This document shows, piece by piece, positions 1-13,400 of a stretch of 64,000 nt of DNA. This stretch comes from Sphagnum compactum (taxonomy: Eukaryota), in the NCBI GenBank assembly GCA_965153455.1, contig OZ234493.1:18714213-18778212 (forward strand), written 5' to 3'. The translations under genes were made by a program, and so were the position numbers. The notes under the pieces were generated by a model. That model searched no databases and was not told where the DNA came from. It saw nothing but the letters and a program-made list of their open reading frames with translations. The first letter of the stretch is position 1, and every line of letters begins with the position of its first letter.

Positions 1-1430
1 TGTATTTAAGTAATTGTGTTTGCTCGATACATGCTTGGTACAAGCTAAAATCATAAATGCATGTCTACTATCTTAGGGCAATAATAATTTTTTATAACAT
101 TAAAAAAAAACAACAATATAAACAAATTAATCAATTGAAAAATAATTTTATTACAATTTTAGTTATTAATTCTTCATCAAAGCCTTTTTGAATTTTAAAA
201 AATAAGATCAAATTAATTTAAAAATTTTATATATCTCTCTCTATATATAAATTTTAATTTCTTTTAAAATTGTGGTGTTTTGTTTTAATCAATTCTAGCA
301 TAATCTTTCAAATCAATTTTTTAAGAATCTCATTTTAATAAGATTTAAAAGAATTGAAACTAATTATTTGTATGTTTATCAAATAAATTTCATTTAAAAA
401 ATCAGTCATATGAATTTTTTTTACATTTCATAGTGATATGAAACCTTGTGCTACAAAAAGGTAAGTGACAACCCAAAAATAAATAAATGATAAGAGGCAT
501 GTTTAAATCAGTTACCCAACATTCCTATTTTGAGAAGAAACCCAACAAGTAGATGGGTAGACTTTGAAACAACCCATCAATCGGATGGGTGGGGACCCAT
601 ACACATGCCCGTCCATTAACTTGGGGCAATAAATATAACAACTACTTTTCTTTTTTTTTATACTAAATTTTTTCCATGCACATAACCACCCACAAAAATA
701 ACATTCCACTTGGATACCTTGAAAAAAACAAACTGAACACAATTTCTCAAGACCAAACATTCGATCATAAAACCATTTTGAACATTAATTCGCATGCAAG
801 TGACCATTCACTGGCATTGGTTTGCACTAGATCGACATTTGGTTAGTGGGTGATGTTTGGTGGGGGGCAAATCTCCACCCTATCCTACTATAGGAATTTT
901 CTAGAATCAGAGTTTCCTTTGAAAATCTAAAAGCCATTAAAGTGGTGAGGGTAAACCCCAAGTGAAGGTTTCCTTTAAAATCAAGGATTGGACAAAAACA
1001 AGTAACTACTGGTAACGACTTTCATGAAAGTTCCCATTGAGTTCACTGCTCCTATAAGAAGTAGAAGAACATGGGAACGGTAAAAGAGAGATCCGTTCCC
1101 CATGTGCCCTTGTTCGCTGGAGAAGGCTAACACGCTACCTTCGACTACCACACACAAATTTCTGTCCCCTCTCCGTCTCTCTCTCTCTCTAGTGATTGAT
1201 TTGCTTTACATTTTGTGGCGGATTCTGGGTTTCTCAGTGAGTCAGGGAGTGGGTCTCCGTTTGTTGCACTGGAGATTGCAGTACTGTATCGCCGCAATTT
1301 ATTTGGCAATTTGTGGCACAGACGCTGAGTTTTTGAGAATAAGAGGATTGTTGAAGTGGGTGGGGGGAGGGGGCGTGTGTGTGTTTTTGTGTTGTTTGGA
1401 AATTTGGGGTTTCTTGCGGGTTTTGGAGAA

Positions 1431-4400
1431 ATGGCAAGCGCCGTTGTTGGGGTGGTCAAGCCAGTGGCGTTTTCATTGCCTTCTTCCAAGTTGCAGCCGG
1501 TGTTGCACCAGCTCAATAAACAACCTTCCCTCTTCTTGCCTCCTCTGCCTTTGCGGAAGCATCCAAGGTACCCATGTGACTGTTTTTGTGGGTGTTTTCT
1601 CCTTCTTGGATGACCTTAACGCGATTTGTTTGGCAAGTGAGCTTGTTCTGACGGTGAGCAGTTTGGAAGTCTTCTTTTTACAGAAGACCGGAATTTCAGT
1701 ATTCTTAGGTCTACGTAGATTCTCCCCAAGTGCCGTAATTTGCTCTGAATCCAGTGTAGAACACTTCTGTAAAGTCTTGGCTTTTAGGGTTCTCGGAGGT
1801 AAGAAAACCCTTGCCAGTTAAGAATGGGTCATTTTCATCTGGTTACCACTGGAACTTGAGACCTCTTCTTTACTTGATTGCTCTATGTGTGAATGCAGGA
1901 AAACGTCGGTGTCAGCTACTCTGAAGTCCGAGGGTTTTTGGACCCCATCTTCATTTGACAGCCATGATGTGTGGTCTATCAGGTGCTGTGTTTTGTCCCA
2001 AAATAGTTTGTTTTTCTTTCCTGGATTCCAGATTTGCAGAGAAGCATTTTCATGAGAGGTTCTTCAGTGAGGTTGGTGTTTAACAAAGTGACCTACTGGG
2101 CAAACAGGAATGATCTGGAGTTACCAACCTCAGCATATTTGGGACCTGTAGCGCAGGGTGGACAGGGACCTCCACCCATGCTAGCAGAGAGATTTCAGAG
2201 TGTCATCACACAACTCTTCCAGCAGGTTTGATTTTGTTCTCCAGAGTTTCCTCAGAGTTCACATTTTGATTTTATGGTTTAGTAGGATTATTGTCCTTTT
2301 CCCCCTTCACTAGAACATACAGTCCCTTTTTCAAGAGATGTAGGTGCTACATGGAAGTCCTGTAATTGTCTCCCTGTTCCATGTGGTTCCCAAAATCTGG
2401 AGGATGTCTGTTAGCGATCTGATAAAACTTTCAGCTTTGCACAATTGAGGTTTTGCTAGGCTTTCTTGCATTCTGGGTTGAGCTTTTATGGTGGTGTTTT
2501 TGTCCTTCCTAAGTGGGATGATGGGTTTGTGGGGCAACAGAGGATAATTCGGTGTGGGGGGGCAGTGGATGATGACATGGCAAATTTGATCGTTGCACAA
2601 CTGTTGTACTTAGATGCTGCCGATCCCAACAGGGTTTGTCTCATCAGCCAATCCTTATTGTTTTAGAAATTCTCTGTTCCTGAAATTTATTGGAATTTTT
2701 TGCAGCTAGAATTTGTGAACACTTCACCATGTATCTTTGTTCAGATGTCAGGTTTCAATCATGGGTTGAGGGTTTCACGGGTTTAGGGTTTAGGGCTCAG
2801 CTGCTAGGGCTCTGAAAGCTAACTATTTCTTAACCTTATCCAGTCTTCCAAGCTCATTATGAAAAGTGTGAGGTTTGTTCCATAACCACTTGCCTGGGTA
2901 CTTCTGAAGACTCATATTGTATATTTTGCAGGACATTGTCATGTATGTCAATTCCCCTGGTGGTTCAGTTACTGCAGGTAAACAGAATTCTGACTCTTCA
3001 TATTAGATGTAAAATAGTAGGTTCACACTAGAATCTGCGTTGATGTTAGAGAGTTGCAGACTTGTGTCCTTATGGTCTCCTTTGGTCAACAAAGCAATAA
3101 TTTGTTCCACAATTGTTGTAGCATTAAGGGACCACACTCGTATGATCTCCAAGCCTTGCTTGAAGTATTAAGATAGAGAGAGGTATTTTGGTATTCTTTT
3201 GATATAGGTGGAGGTGTTGTAACAGGTATGGCAGTTTTTGATACAATGAGACATATCCGACCAGATGTCAGTACCGTTTGTGTTGGCCTTGCTGCCAGGT
3301 ATGTCATCCTTTCATCTCCTTATGGGGGCCATTTAGTGTCAAACTCAGGGCTCCAGTTCACAAGATAATAAGTAAAACTGATGTAGATTGTTGTGCATGA
3401 GACTTTGGCCTGCAAAAGTGAGTCTCAATCTGAATCCAACAGACAAAACTGCCCATACCTGCTTTCAAACATAAAGGTGTGTCCCTTTATGGGTGAGTGC
3501 AAGACCTTGACATGCTTCAAAGGCTACAACTTAGCTGATACCCTAGCGTGCACTTTGAAACAATAGGCTGTCCAATCAGGGAAGGCATATCTGATTAGTT
3601 GGTACTGCTGACATTGCAGTATGGGAGCTTTCCTACTCAGTGCTGGAACAAAAGGTAATGTGAAAGATCCTAAGAAAGTTTGTTTCAAACTTGCTCTTTC
3701 TGCACTTAGGTCGAAGCTTTTGTGATTCACCTTGGCTCTAGAGAAGAGCAACTATACAACAAGTTGCACTACGCTTTTTCGTATCTAGAAACTGAAAAGT
3801 AAACTTGTACTTTTGATGATGTGTCAGGTAAACGGTACAGTCTTCCAAATTCACGTATTATGATTCATCAGCCACTTGGAGGTGCCCAAGGGCAACAGAC
3901 AGACATTGAAATACAGGTGCACATTTGCCTCTTTTCTCATCCTTTTGCCACTAAACCCAGAAACTGTGATGTATGTTATGCAACCATTAATAGAGCATAC
4001 ATCACTGTGGTTCATAGCTCAATTAGCTCTGTTTCTTGTCTCTTTTGAGCTATCTCCCAATAATCTGATTCATTTGCTTCTTTTTCTTTCCCTTCGAATC
4101 TGGGTCTTATTGTTGGCCATTTCAACTCACTAAGATTTGTAACCTATTTTTTGAAAGAAAAAGTATGTTGTTCACCTCCATCAAGTTCATTCTTCCTAGG
4201 TAGAGATCTCCTTATCCATCTTTGTCTCCTCCCATATGGATTACTTGGATCTTTTCTTCCATTTTAAACATTTTCACTGCTTTAGATTTTCTTCCTCCTA
4301 TAGCTAGTCTTTCCATTGATTGCTTGGAAGTAAGTGAAAACTTCAGGTGAAGAGTTCTTCAGCTGCAGAGTAACAGGAAGGTTTGTCTGTTCCTCTAAAA

Positions 4401-7109
4401 TCTACCAAATGATGCACAGTGCCTGTGATTGTAGCTGTTATCCCCTGTTTGTTAATCCCCATCATGGTCATCTTTATTCTCCAGATCCAGATATCCTCTC
4501 AAGACTTAGTTTGAATGAACACTTTTATAGAGGTACTAAGCACAGAAGGACTTTTCTTTCTGACCTGTCTATATTGAGAAAGGTCTCAAGTTGGGAACCT
4601 TTTGTCTCACCATGTTACATTCCTCTTTACAATCTTCTTTTGCTGTTCCTTCAGTTGATGTAGATCAGCTTTAAAGATTTCAGTGTTCATTTGTTATGAC
4701 CAATGTGGGTAAGTGTAGCAATAAATTCTTTTTTCTGTAAAAAGAGATGTGTTTCTTCACTTTTCTTTGAACTTATTTCTTCAGTAGGTAGGTATGAGGT
4801 TTAAAATCTTGCAGAGTCAGAAATCCTCATTTTTTTAATAATGCTAATAATTTTGGTGGTGAAAAGTGTGGCTATCATTTTCCTCCTCATGTACTGTTGG
4901 AAGTTCCATAAGAGGTTGCTTAAACCAAGATTTTTTGTTGCAGCCAGTTTGGCCCCTCTCACAGAGATCTCTTGGTGGCTCAATTCTTTCTGCAAAGCTA
5001 TCCTTCTGTGCTTAGTACCTCTCAATGATCTTTGGGTGTCTAAGATCAGAAAGGCTCATGTTCCTTTATAGGACTGGTGGACATGATCAAACTTCTAAAT
5101 CTTTCAAGATGGGATATTGATAACACTTTTCCGCTTTTGCTGCAGTTGTTTGATTTGAACTCTATATAATAAGATTGAGCAGATGTAAAAGCAGTTAGTA
5201 GGGTGTTTGGTCATTTATTTCAATATCATTGTTTTAACTTCTTGTTGGTTCAAAAACAGGCTCTTAATTTCAGATATGTGTGGGTTATCAATATATAAGA
5301 AGTAATTTCTTTTGGATCCCATAGTTTCAGGGTTGTGCAAGCAGTTAATCTCGTGGTTTGTGCTTTTCATATATAATCTGATCCATACTCTTGGTCTTTG
5401 GTGCTTATGGACAAGGTATTGGTATCCCCATGGGTACTAGGTGTGCAGACTATTTAGTGAATTTCTACCTCCTTTTTCCATGAGTTTGATTTTCGAAAGT
5501 GTCTTTTGAAATCCAACACTCGCCCTGTTATTGCTTCAGAGATTATACCTAGTTCCTAGGTTTGTGGTTGATCTTTTTGTCCTGGACTTTCTGGACTTCA
5601 AGAGTTTTATGTACCTGGATGAAGACTCTTTTTGCAGTGTCATATACCCCAATACATCTTGTGAGCTAATGGCTTCTGTTGTAACTTCTTGGATTTATTG
5701 ATAATCAAAAGTCCTAGAGATCTTTCATGTGCCATTGTTTATGTATGCACTCTATCAGAGTATGCAAATATTGACATGATCTGTATGCCTCGCATTCGTT
5801 TCAAAGTCTCTATAACTGCCAAGTTGGGCACTATAAATAGTCAGTTCTAGAGGTTCTTGAGGCTTTGTAAGTTTTCTTCATTTCTTTGACGGTTAGTCTC
5901 ATTGTCCTTCTGAAGGATAAAGGCTATATTGTAAAGATTCTCTTAATGAGGACTATAGGTCTTTTAGACAGAGAAAATTTTCTTTTTGGACTTAAGTGTC
6001 CAGACTCATTGAATGATTTTGTAGTCTTGTAAGTGGGGAGCCTTTTAAAGCAGACTTGGTCTGCTTGGTCTTTGTTCATCTTCTCCCTTTTGTCTGCTAT
6101 GATTTCTTCTTCCTCATGTGCCTTCCTTTTTCCCCCCCATTTTCTTCCCTCTGTGTTTTCTTTTCTGTGGTGTAGGGAGCCAGTACTTTCCATGGCTGAG
6201 AAACTTAGTATGCAGGCTAGTGGTTACACTGACCTATCTCCACTGTAGGGAACTGATGAAGTAAGTGGGAAAGTTGTGACAGAAAAGTCACTATCATACA
6301 TGGTGATGGTCCCTGAAAAAGTCACACACTGTCACTGCTGTTCATAGTGTTAGTTTTATTGTTCTTATTATACTTTTTCTTCCCTTCTTTGTATTTCTTT
6401 TTCCTGTGTTCTTAAGTCCTTACCTGGGAGTTTTTGTCTTTTACAGAAGATTTTTTCACCTGGTTGCAGTTACCTTTAATTGTGAGTATAGAGATGTCTT
6501 GATTCTCACAATAGTTAATTCTTCTCTTTGGAGCTTTTTCTCAACTCTTTTTTGAGAAGATTATTGTGCATCTGGCCTTAACAGTTCATTAGGTTCTTGC
6601 CTTCTCCAGGTTAATCTGCTTTTGTCTTGCACTGAAGGATAGCTGTGACACCATTGGTCTAAACTGTCAGTTGGATGAATATGAATGTTTATGGACAGTT
6701 TCTTTGTGGAAGTGTTGAATGTTGTAGGTCAAATGGGAATTAGCCTGGGAGTTACAGGCAGGAAGGACTGGCCATTTCACTTTGTTGCAGGAAAAAGGCG
6801 GCAGTGGTTTAGATGATCATATGAGTCCAGTCAAGTGTCATGCTTAGTTTTGTTAGAGGAACAGAAGGCTGATTTTAATTTCCCTGGTGCTGTCATTGGG
6901 TCCAGGCAAATGAGATTTTGCACCACAAGGCAAATTTGAACGGGTATCTTGCTTATCACACAGGGCAACCTTATGAAACAATTGTGCAAGATACAGACCG
7001 AGATTTTTTCATGAGTGCAAAGGAGGCAAAGGAGTATGGACTAATTGACGCCGTGATTTCTAACCCTTTGAAGGCACTTAGGCCACTACCTGAACCTGTC
7101 CCTGCTTGA
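1431..7109 (+). CDS. CLPP5: Chloroplast ATP-dependent Clp protease proteolytic subunit 5, 9 exons, 292 aa
   Basis: GT-AG exons 1431-1567, 1899-1982, 2108-2225, 2541-2633, 2932-2977, 3226-3298, 3620-3654, 3828-3916, 6906-7109 join into an 879-nt open frame. It encodes a transit-peptide-like N-terminus, then [36 protein letters not shown]...[15 protein letters not shown]...GLAASMGAFLL...[13 protein letters not shown]...[19 protein letters not shown]. Catalytic Ser (codon split by intron 6), His and Asp are present. Confidence 0.96.
4300..6350 (+). mobile_element. Decayed Penelope-like retroelement (RT remnant) in ClpP5 intron 8
   Basis: Ordered RT motifs broken by stops and frameshifts: [25 protein letters not shown]...RGTKHRR (~4420-4550), [31 protein letters not shown] (~4890-4985), LQLFD (~5140), [22 protein letters not shown] (~5406-5470), RFVVDLF (~5558, degenerate YxDD), CNFLDLLI (~5680), [15 protein letters not shown] (~5820), LKDKGY (~5910). 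Boundaries are approximate. Confidence 0.8.
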
Positions 7110-8773
7110 GTGACTGCATCAATATTGCTCATTGAATCCAGCTTTTGGGCCCAAGATTTGTGCCAGAATACCAGAATAAGACTTGTAATGGGACGCATGC
7201 AGTTCTGAATTTGACAGGATGTGAATACTCCCACAAAGCCTTACAAAATTAAGCTTAACCCTTTGAACTATAGAGGTTTTTTATGTCCACTTCAGCTCTA
7301 TGATGGCTTTGTCTTTTGCTCCTTTATAGTTTCGAAGGCTGAACAGAAGCTGCAAATTTTGTTCACTGGTAGATAACTTTGTGAGATTCTGAAGCATTGA
7401 AAGTCTTTTAAGCATGTGCTTGAATTTTTGTTGTTTAGTGGTGTTGGTGTGTCCAGACTTTGCTACACTTGCATGCAATATTGCATCTGATCTGATGCAT
7501 GAAAGGGTCTGAAACCTTGTTAGCTTCAATTGCATCTGTTTCAAAGCAAGTGAACTGTGAATGCTGTGGCAACATACCCTGTATGTATGAATCCAGGTTC
7601 AAAGTGCTTTGTCTGAATCCTGCATTCCCCTTGCCCTTCAGCACGGTAAATATATTTTGGTTCATAAACTAAGGAAAGGTCTTGTGCTGCAATCAATTAG
7701 ATTGCACAAATTTGTGCCTGTAATAAATGGTTGTAAAGTACACATGAACAAGGTAATGGCTGTTTTTAATGATTTGTGATGAATGACACTTGCTAGACAG
7801 GAGATTTGCCTGGGCCAATGTTTTGCAACTCTTAATGACTTTGTTTTTGAAAGTTGCAACTCTGCCATGTGAAGTCCTATACCAGGAGATGAGAAAGAAG
7901 ATCCCCTACCTTTCTTGCTTGTTGCTACTAACTAACCAGCTAAACACTTCTCACCAAATGATTTTCTGGATATGGACATGTGAAAGACTGTATGTTGATG
8001 AGCTATGGTTTGAAATTTGACATTGTTCAACAGAATTTATTGATTGTCAGTGACATTGATTTTTAAAAAATTCATATTCATATTTATCCAACTGTTAGTC
8101 CAAGTAGAAATCAGCATCAAGAAGGAATCTTTGTTGGGGTGGAAATTTACAAACATAATTGGAGGAAGTATTTACAAACTATAATTTTATTAAAATCATA
8201 TTTTCTTGTCTGCAGAGGCATACTGTTTTACAGTAGAGTCAAAAGTCTATATCCTTTGTGTAATTCTTACAATCACAAGATTCAATTGTCAGTCCTCGTA
8301 ATGTCTTTCATGGAAAGGACTTGGAGAAATTCAAGGGGGGAGGGGTGGGGGCCAACTCATCTCCAAAATGTCATAGTGTGTTGGAGGGCACCTCATATCT
8401 ATGAATATCCCTCCTGGAAAGGAGGAGGAATCTTACACCTACTCCTAAAGAGGAGGAGGGAAACTATGCCTTATTATAGGTATAAGTTCCCTCCCACTTT
8501 GATTAGTTCACCAAATTTGCTTTTAAAAATGGTCATAAGAACCTTAAATCCCTTACATTGTGTATGGTTGCAAAATCTCTATCATCCACTTATTATTGCA
8601 GAAGGTCGCATGTGAATAAATGTTTTGACAAGTTATCATGTATGTGGGTATAGGCACGATGTATAGTTCATGCTATTTAATGGTTTGATGGTGAAGGCCT
8701 ACATAGCCAAGTCAGATGTTTGGGATGAATTCCTTACTTTTTCAGACCCTCAAAGTGAGAACCCTCCCCCTCC

Positions 8774-9301
8774 TGCCCCTTGTGATTCAAGGATGTTTAG
8801 GTTCATGATAATGTTTGCCTCTTGCTTTGCCCTACTCTTAAATTGTTTATAATCCAAAAACACAATACTGTGCATGTTTTTTTTCAACATAAAAAATGTA
8901 GCCAAGTCCACCCTGCCTTTGGGTAGGAATCATTTTTGTCTATACCTTGGGTTCTATGTATTATTGGCTGGTGAATGGAAACCTATTGACTTTTGGATCA
9001 GCACCTTGAAATCATAACCAACAATACCTATCAGGTACCCATGTTAATAATCTGAGTTGTGTATTGAAATCTTATTTAACAAAACTGCTCGCCGGTCGTC
9101 TATTAGTTGCCCCTGTAATAGTGCCAATTCCAGATCAACACTTTTTGCTCAATTAGTAGTGAAGACACATTCCCCTCTCCTTCCAAGTGTATACTTGGAA
9201 CTAGTAATAAACACTATCTTCAGTACTTATCACATTGAGTTGAACATTTGAACCATCTCCTTCTCTACGCAAATTTGTTTGACCCTAAGCTTATGTGCGC
9301 A
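8774..9301 (+). repeat. ~520 bp dispersed repeat, uninterrupted copy (second copy at 41776-41990 + 42799-43005 + 53490-53600)
   Basis: Collinear similarity by eye, e.g. gccccttgtgattcaaggatgtttaggttcatgataat vs gccccttatgattcaatgatgtttaagttcatgataat, and gtatacttggaactagtaataaacactatcttc vs gtatacttggaactagtagtaaacattatcttc. Confidence 0.85.
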
Positions 9302-10449
9302 AGGTGACAAAGAACCTCTCCCTAAGCCCCCCTACCTCTTGAGACACCAAATAACCCTTAACGAGCTCTATCTGGCACAGTCTCCGAACCCCCAACCCAT
9401 CGCCTACCCCACCTCCAAAGCCAGGCCCTCCTTTTGTTATCGACAAAACATCCCAAGCATCATCATTTGTCTGTCACTCCCTTCGTCGTTGACTTGCAAA
9501 ACATCCAATGTTCTGCATTAGAAACATAATAGTTCAAATATAAACTAAAAATAGCAAAATGTAGATTGGGTGTTTAGGGTTTCATATTGTAAGCAATGTA
9601 AGGAATGTTTTAGGGTTTGGTGGTGCAAAATGATTATAGAAGCATTGAGTGCAAAGCACTAATTGTCCTTCGTCAGAAAACACATTGGAGAGTGTGATTG
9701 TCCTTCGTTAGATAACACATTGGAGAGCGACCTTCCCTTGAAAGGTTTAGGGTTTAGGGTTGCATTAAGTGTTAAGATGATTAAATTAAATAGCTTCTTC
9801 ATAATTGTTGTGTCATGTTTTAATTCGTGAGCAACTGTGGAACCAACACAAAGAACAAAAATTGCACCTTTATTGCTATAAGTGTCATTGAGGAAAACAA
9901 CACAGTACATTGTGGGAAGATCTCCCACTCCCATTGTTATTTATAGCATTGAAGGTGAGCTTGTTTCTCTTGCAACTAAAGATGATGATAGACAAAATCT
10001 TAATGACGCACAAAAGCTTGACAATAGCATGATGTGAACTAGATGAGGGAACAGAGAGCGAAAACATCTATTGCAGGAGGCGTTGTCGATTTTTGGGCAA
10101 GAAGACTCCTACATGATTTGTTTGCTTGGAAGACAAAAATAGATCGACATTGTGAAAACATCAGCAAGAGGATGGGTAGAAGGGGTAAGCTTTCTATTAT
10201 TTTATTTCTACCTATCATGAATTTGTTGTTGAATGTGCTACAAAAAATGGGCAGTAGGAATTGTTGACTACAAAAAAAGGTCTTTGTTTATTGACTACAT
10301 ATAGGACCTTGGGGTTTTACAGTTTGTTGTTTTTCTTCTGAAATTTAGGTCTATTGTGTTGAATACATATAGTTTGGGAAAGTAATAGTGGACATCATTT
10401 CCTATCCACCTTGTTTTGTAGAACATAACAATTCTTTAAAAAATGATTA

Positions 10450-13400
10450 ACATATTGCAGGTATTGGGGGGTTTAAATGGTAAAAGTAGGATTTTCAAAT
10501 CAACAATGCAATAGAATTGACATCATTGTGATGCACTATACCTTGAAGAGTATGAGACTCTCGCATTAGAAGCACATTTCGATGTCAAATGTGTTAATTT
10601 CCCCAACGGAAATTGGCCTACCTTTCAATGCAAGTTTTACAAGAATTATTACAAAGACAATAACACCTTAAGCTACCATAGAATGATGATGCAATGCCTG
10701 AAATACAAAGGCAAGGAATTGTTGAAGATGTACCCAACTTGGACCAAGTCTAAGGCAAAAGAATTGACAAGGTTAAAGGAAAAACATAACAAGACCCTAC
10801 CAAACAAAAGTAAATGCCCAAATGATGATGCAATAGAACATCCCAATAAGAGGGCTACATCAACAAGTTTAAAATTTCAAGACAAAACACTACCACTTCC
10901 AAGGCCCATACATCAAAAGGACAAGGTGGTTGTTGAGTTAAACAATGATGGAGACTTTTCCTCAATTCACTACCACGGTATGTATGATTCCAAACCTAGC
11001 ATTCTTTTTGAAAATTTCCAGTTCATATAAGAGCTTAGCTTGTTGCATTTTCATTTTCCAATTCTAATCTATAAACTTTTTTTCTTAGGTTCACTTTGCA
11101 AATGAAGATTTCCAACTCTAGTTGTTGATTAAATAATTAATTTCCCACTTTTGTTTGTAGATATTCATAATGCCCGTGTACACAATCTGTACCGCACATT
11201 TAGATTCCCAAATTTTCATTCACTTTTAAGTGGGATACTTGCAGGTGTTACCTAATCACTATAAACTACTAAAAACATTTTCCAAGCAAAGATGCCTATA
11301 GTGGAAAATTCTACAATTATAAAACCAATACGTTGTATAAAGCAGAACAAACTAAATGTAGGTCTATTTTTGTGAAGAGAAGTATTTAATTCTTTCTATG
11401 AGGGCAATTAAAGGCCCATATTCATTTGAAAGCACTAAGAGATTCAACCTATGTGTTGGCAAGTCTATTGTTGTTTCCAAATGGGCGAACACTATCACAA
11501 AAGGGTGTAGCACATGTAAGTAGAATTGACATTGAAACAAAAGCAAGGAAGACAATTGAAACATTTACAATCGAAAGCGTTTGTGATTTGGCGCCTCCTC
11601 TTATGGAAGTACAAATGAATGGGCTTTATGTCTTATTGTCAAAGATGAATAAAGTAATGGCCCTGACAATGTTTGAAGACCTTGAAGAAGCCCTAGCTTT
11701 CCTTATGAAAATGGAAAGTGAAGGTACCTTAGGAAACACACTTGTGTCCGCATTTGGAAAATGGTACCTATTTCCAATAGCGAATTTACTTTTTCTTACT
11801 CACTATCGTTGTTTTGCACCCTAAGTTCAAATGTCTCACAATCATTCATCTACAACTTGGGTTCTTATTACTTACATTCAATGTTCTACAACCTTGCTTC
11901 TTATTACTTGTACAATCACTATTCTCCAATTTTGGTTTTTATTAGTCACAGTCAATGTTATGTAACCCAGGTTGTTATTACTATAAGTCATTGTTCTCCA
12001 ACCTAGGTTCTTATTAGTCATATATTATGCATGTAGGTTGCTAAAGGGGTTGAAAGGACAACCATAATTTTTGAGATTGTTGCAAAGTCTTTGAACGCAT
12101 GGACTGAAGCTAGTTGTGGAAAGAACACCATGAAACGATTCATAGAGATGAAAAATCTTTGGGAATACCTACAATATGTGAAAAAAAAGGAGTATGATGT
12201 AGATAAGGCAAGGGTTGCAAAAACACTTAGGAAGAATAAAGAAGAATGTGTCTAGCAAGAATTGAAATTTTATGACCAACAAGTTAAGGGTATTAAGGAG
12301 AAATCCAAGTGGGGGTGGTCGCCTTTATACTAGCTATTGAAGCATTATCCTTTGCAAATTGGTCTTCAATGCCCATGGCAGCACACAAAGGAGGAGTTGG
12401 AAATCATCACTAAAGAACTTGAAAAGGAATCAAAACCCTTCTCATTAGATAAGGCATGCCCGCATATTGTTAAAGCTTTCAAACTTTTTTATAGAGCATT
12501 GTTTGGTAAACAACACCCCCTAGCACATCCAAACAAAAGTCTAACACAATGCACTATCCTCTATTATGCTTGTGACCAAACCCACTCTGTGAGGTTAACC
12601 ATTGTTATGCAAAATGTAGACTACGGAATTCTTTGGTTCCCAAAGATGCAATACGACATTGAAGATGTTTTGCAAGCTTGAAAGGACTTGTTGGGTCTAC
12701 TAGGTTTTGAACTTGAACTACAAAACCTAGTGGTTGAGAAAATATGGGGGTTTATGGCCACAATTGCTCATAGAGCAATCTCAGACATGTGTAGTCTTGG
12801 ACTAAGCAAGTAATTGGAATATATGTGGCGTAGTTCTTCCACTGGGCCAGGTGATAGGCCTACACTAAATGAGGTATTACATCTTCCAACTAGTACTCCT
12901 AGCTTTATTTTGTTTATGTTGCACATTCCATTCAATATGCCACATTGTATGGCATAATGGGTGTAGTCACAATCCAATGAGCCAAAAAGGGCATTGGACC
13001 ACAAAGAAAAACAATCAAAATTTGATAAATATTTATATTTTGCCATCTAAATCCATGGAAATCATGGCAAGTTATTGTTTTTTCATTCATTTGAATGTTA
13101 AGGAATTCAAACCAAAAATCCATTTGATGAAAATTTAAGTTTTAAGTTTTGATTTTGGACCTCGAAGAGTGTACATGAACAAGTCGGACAAGAGTCAATT
13201 TTTCAAAGGACTATCAAAAGGACTCATATAATAAATCACATTTGATGGGAAAAAAATTAAGAGGATAAAGACTTATTAACCACATTATAAAAACATTCAT
13301 ACCTTAAAATATGTGGAATTATAAAACTTTAAAAATTCAAAGAACTTTCCAAAATTGATCCAGAATTTTAGAACTTCAAAAGTCCTTTATCACACATAAA

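Noticed and set aside
1102-1821. 239-aa plus-strand ORF and overlapping minus-strand ORFs
   Set aside because: They overlap the ClpP5 5' UTR, exon 1 and intron 1 in other frames and have no recognisable domain.
2778-2795. TTTAGGG telomere-like repeats (also ~9743-9761)
   Set aside because: Only 2-3 units; ordinary telo-box-like motifs, not an interstitial telomere.
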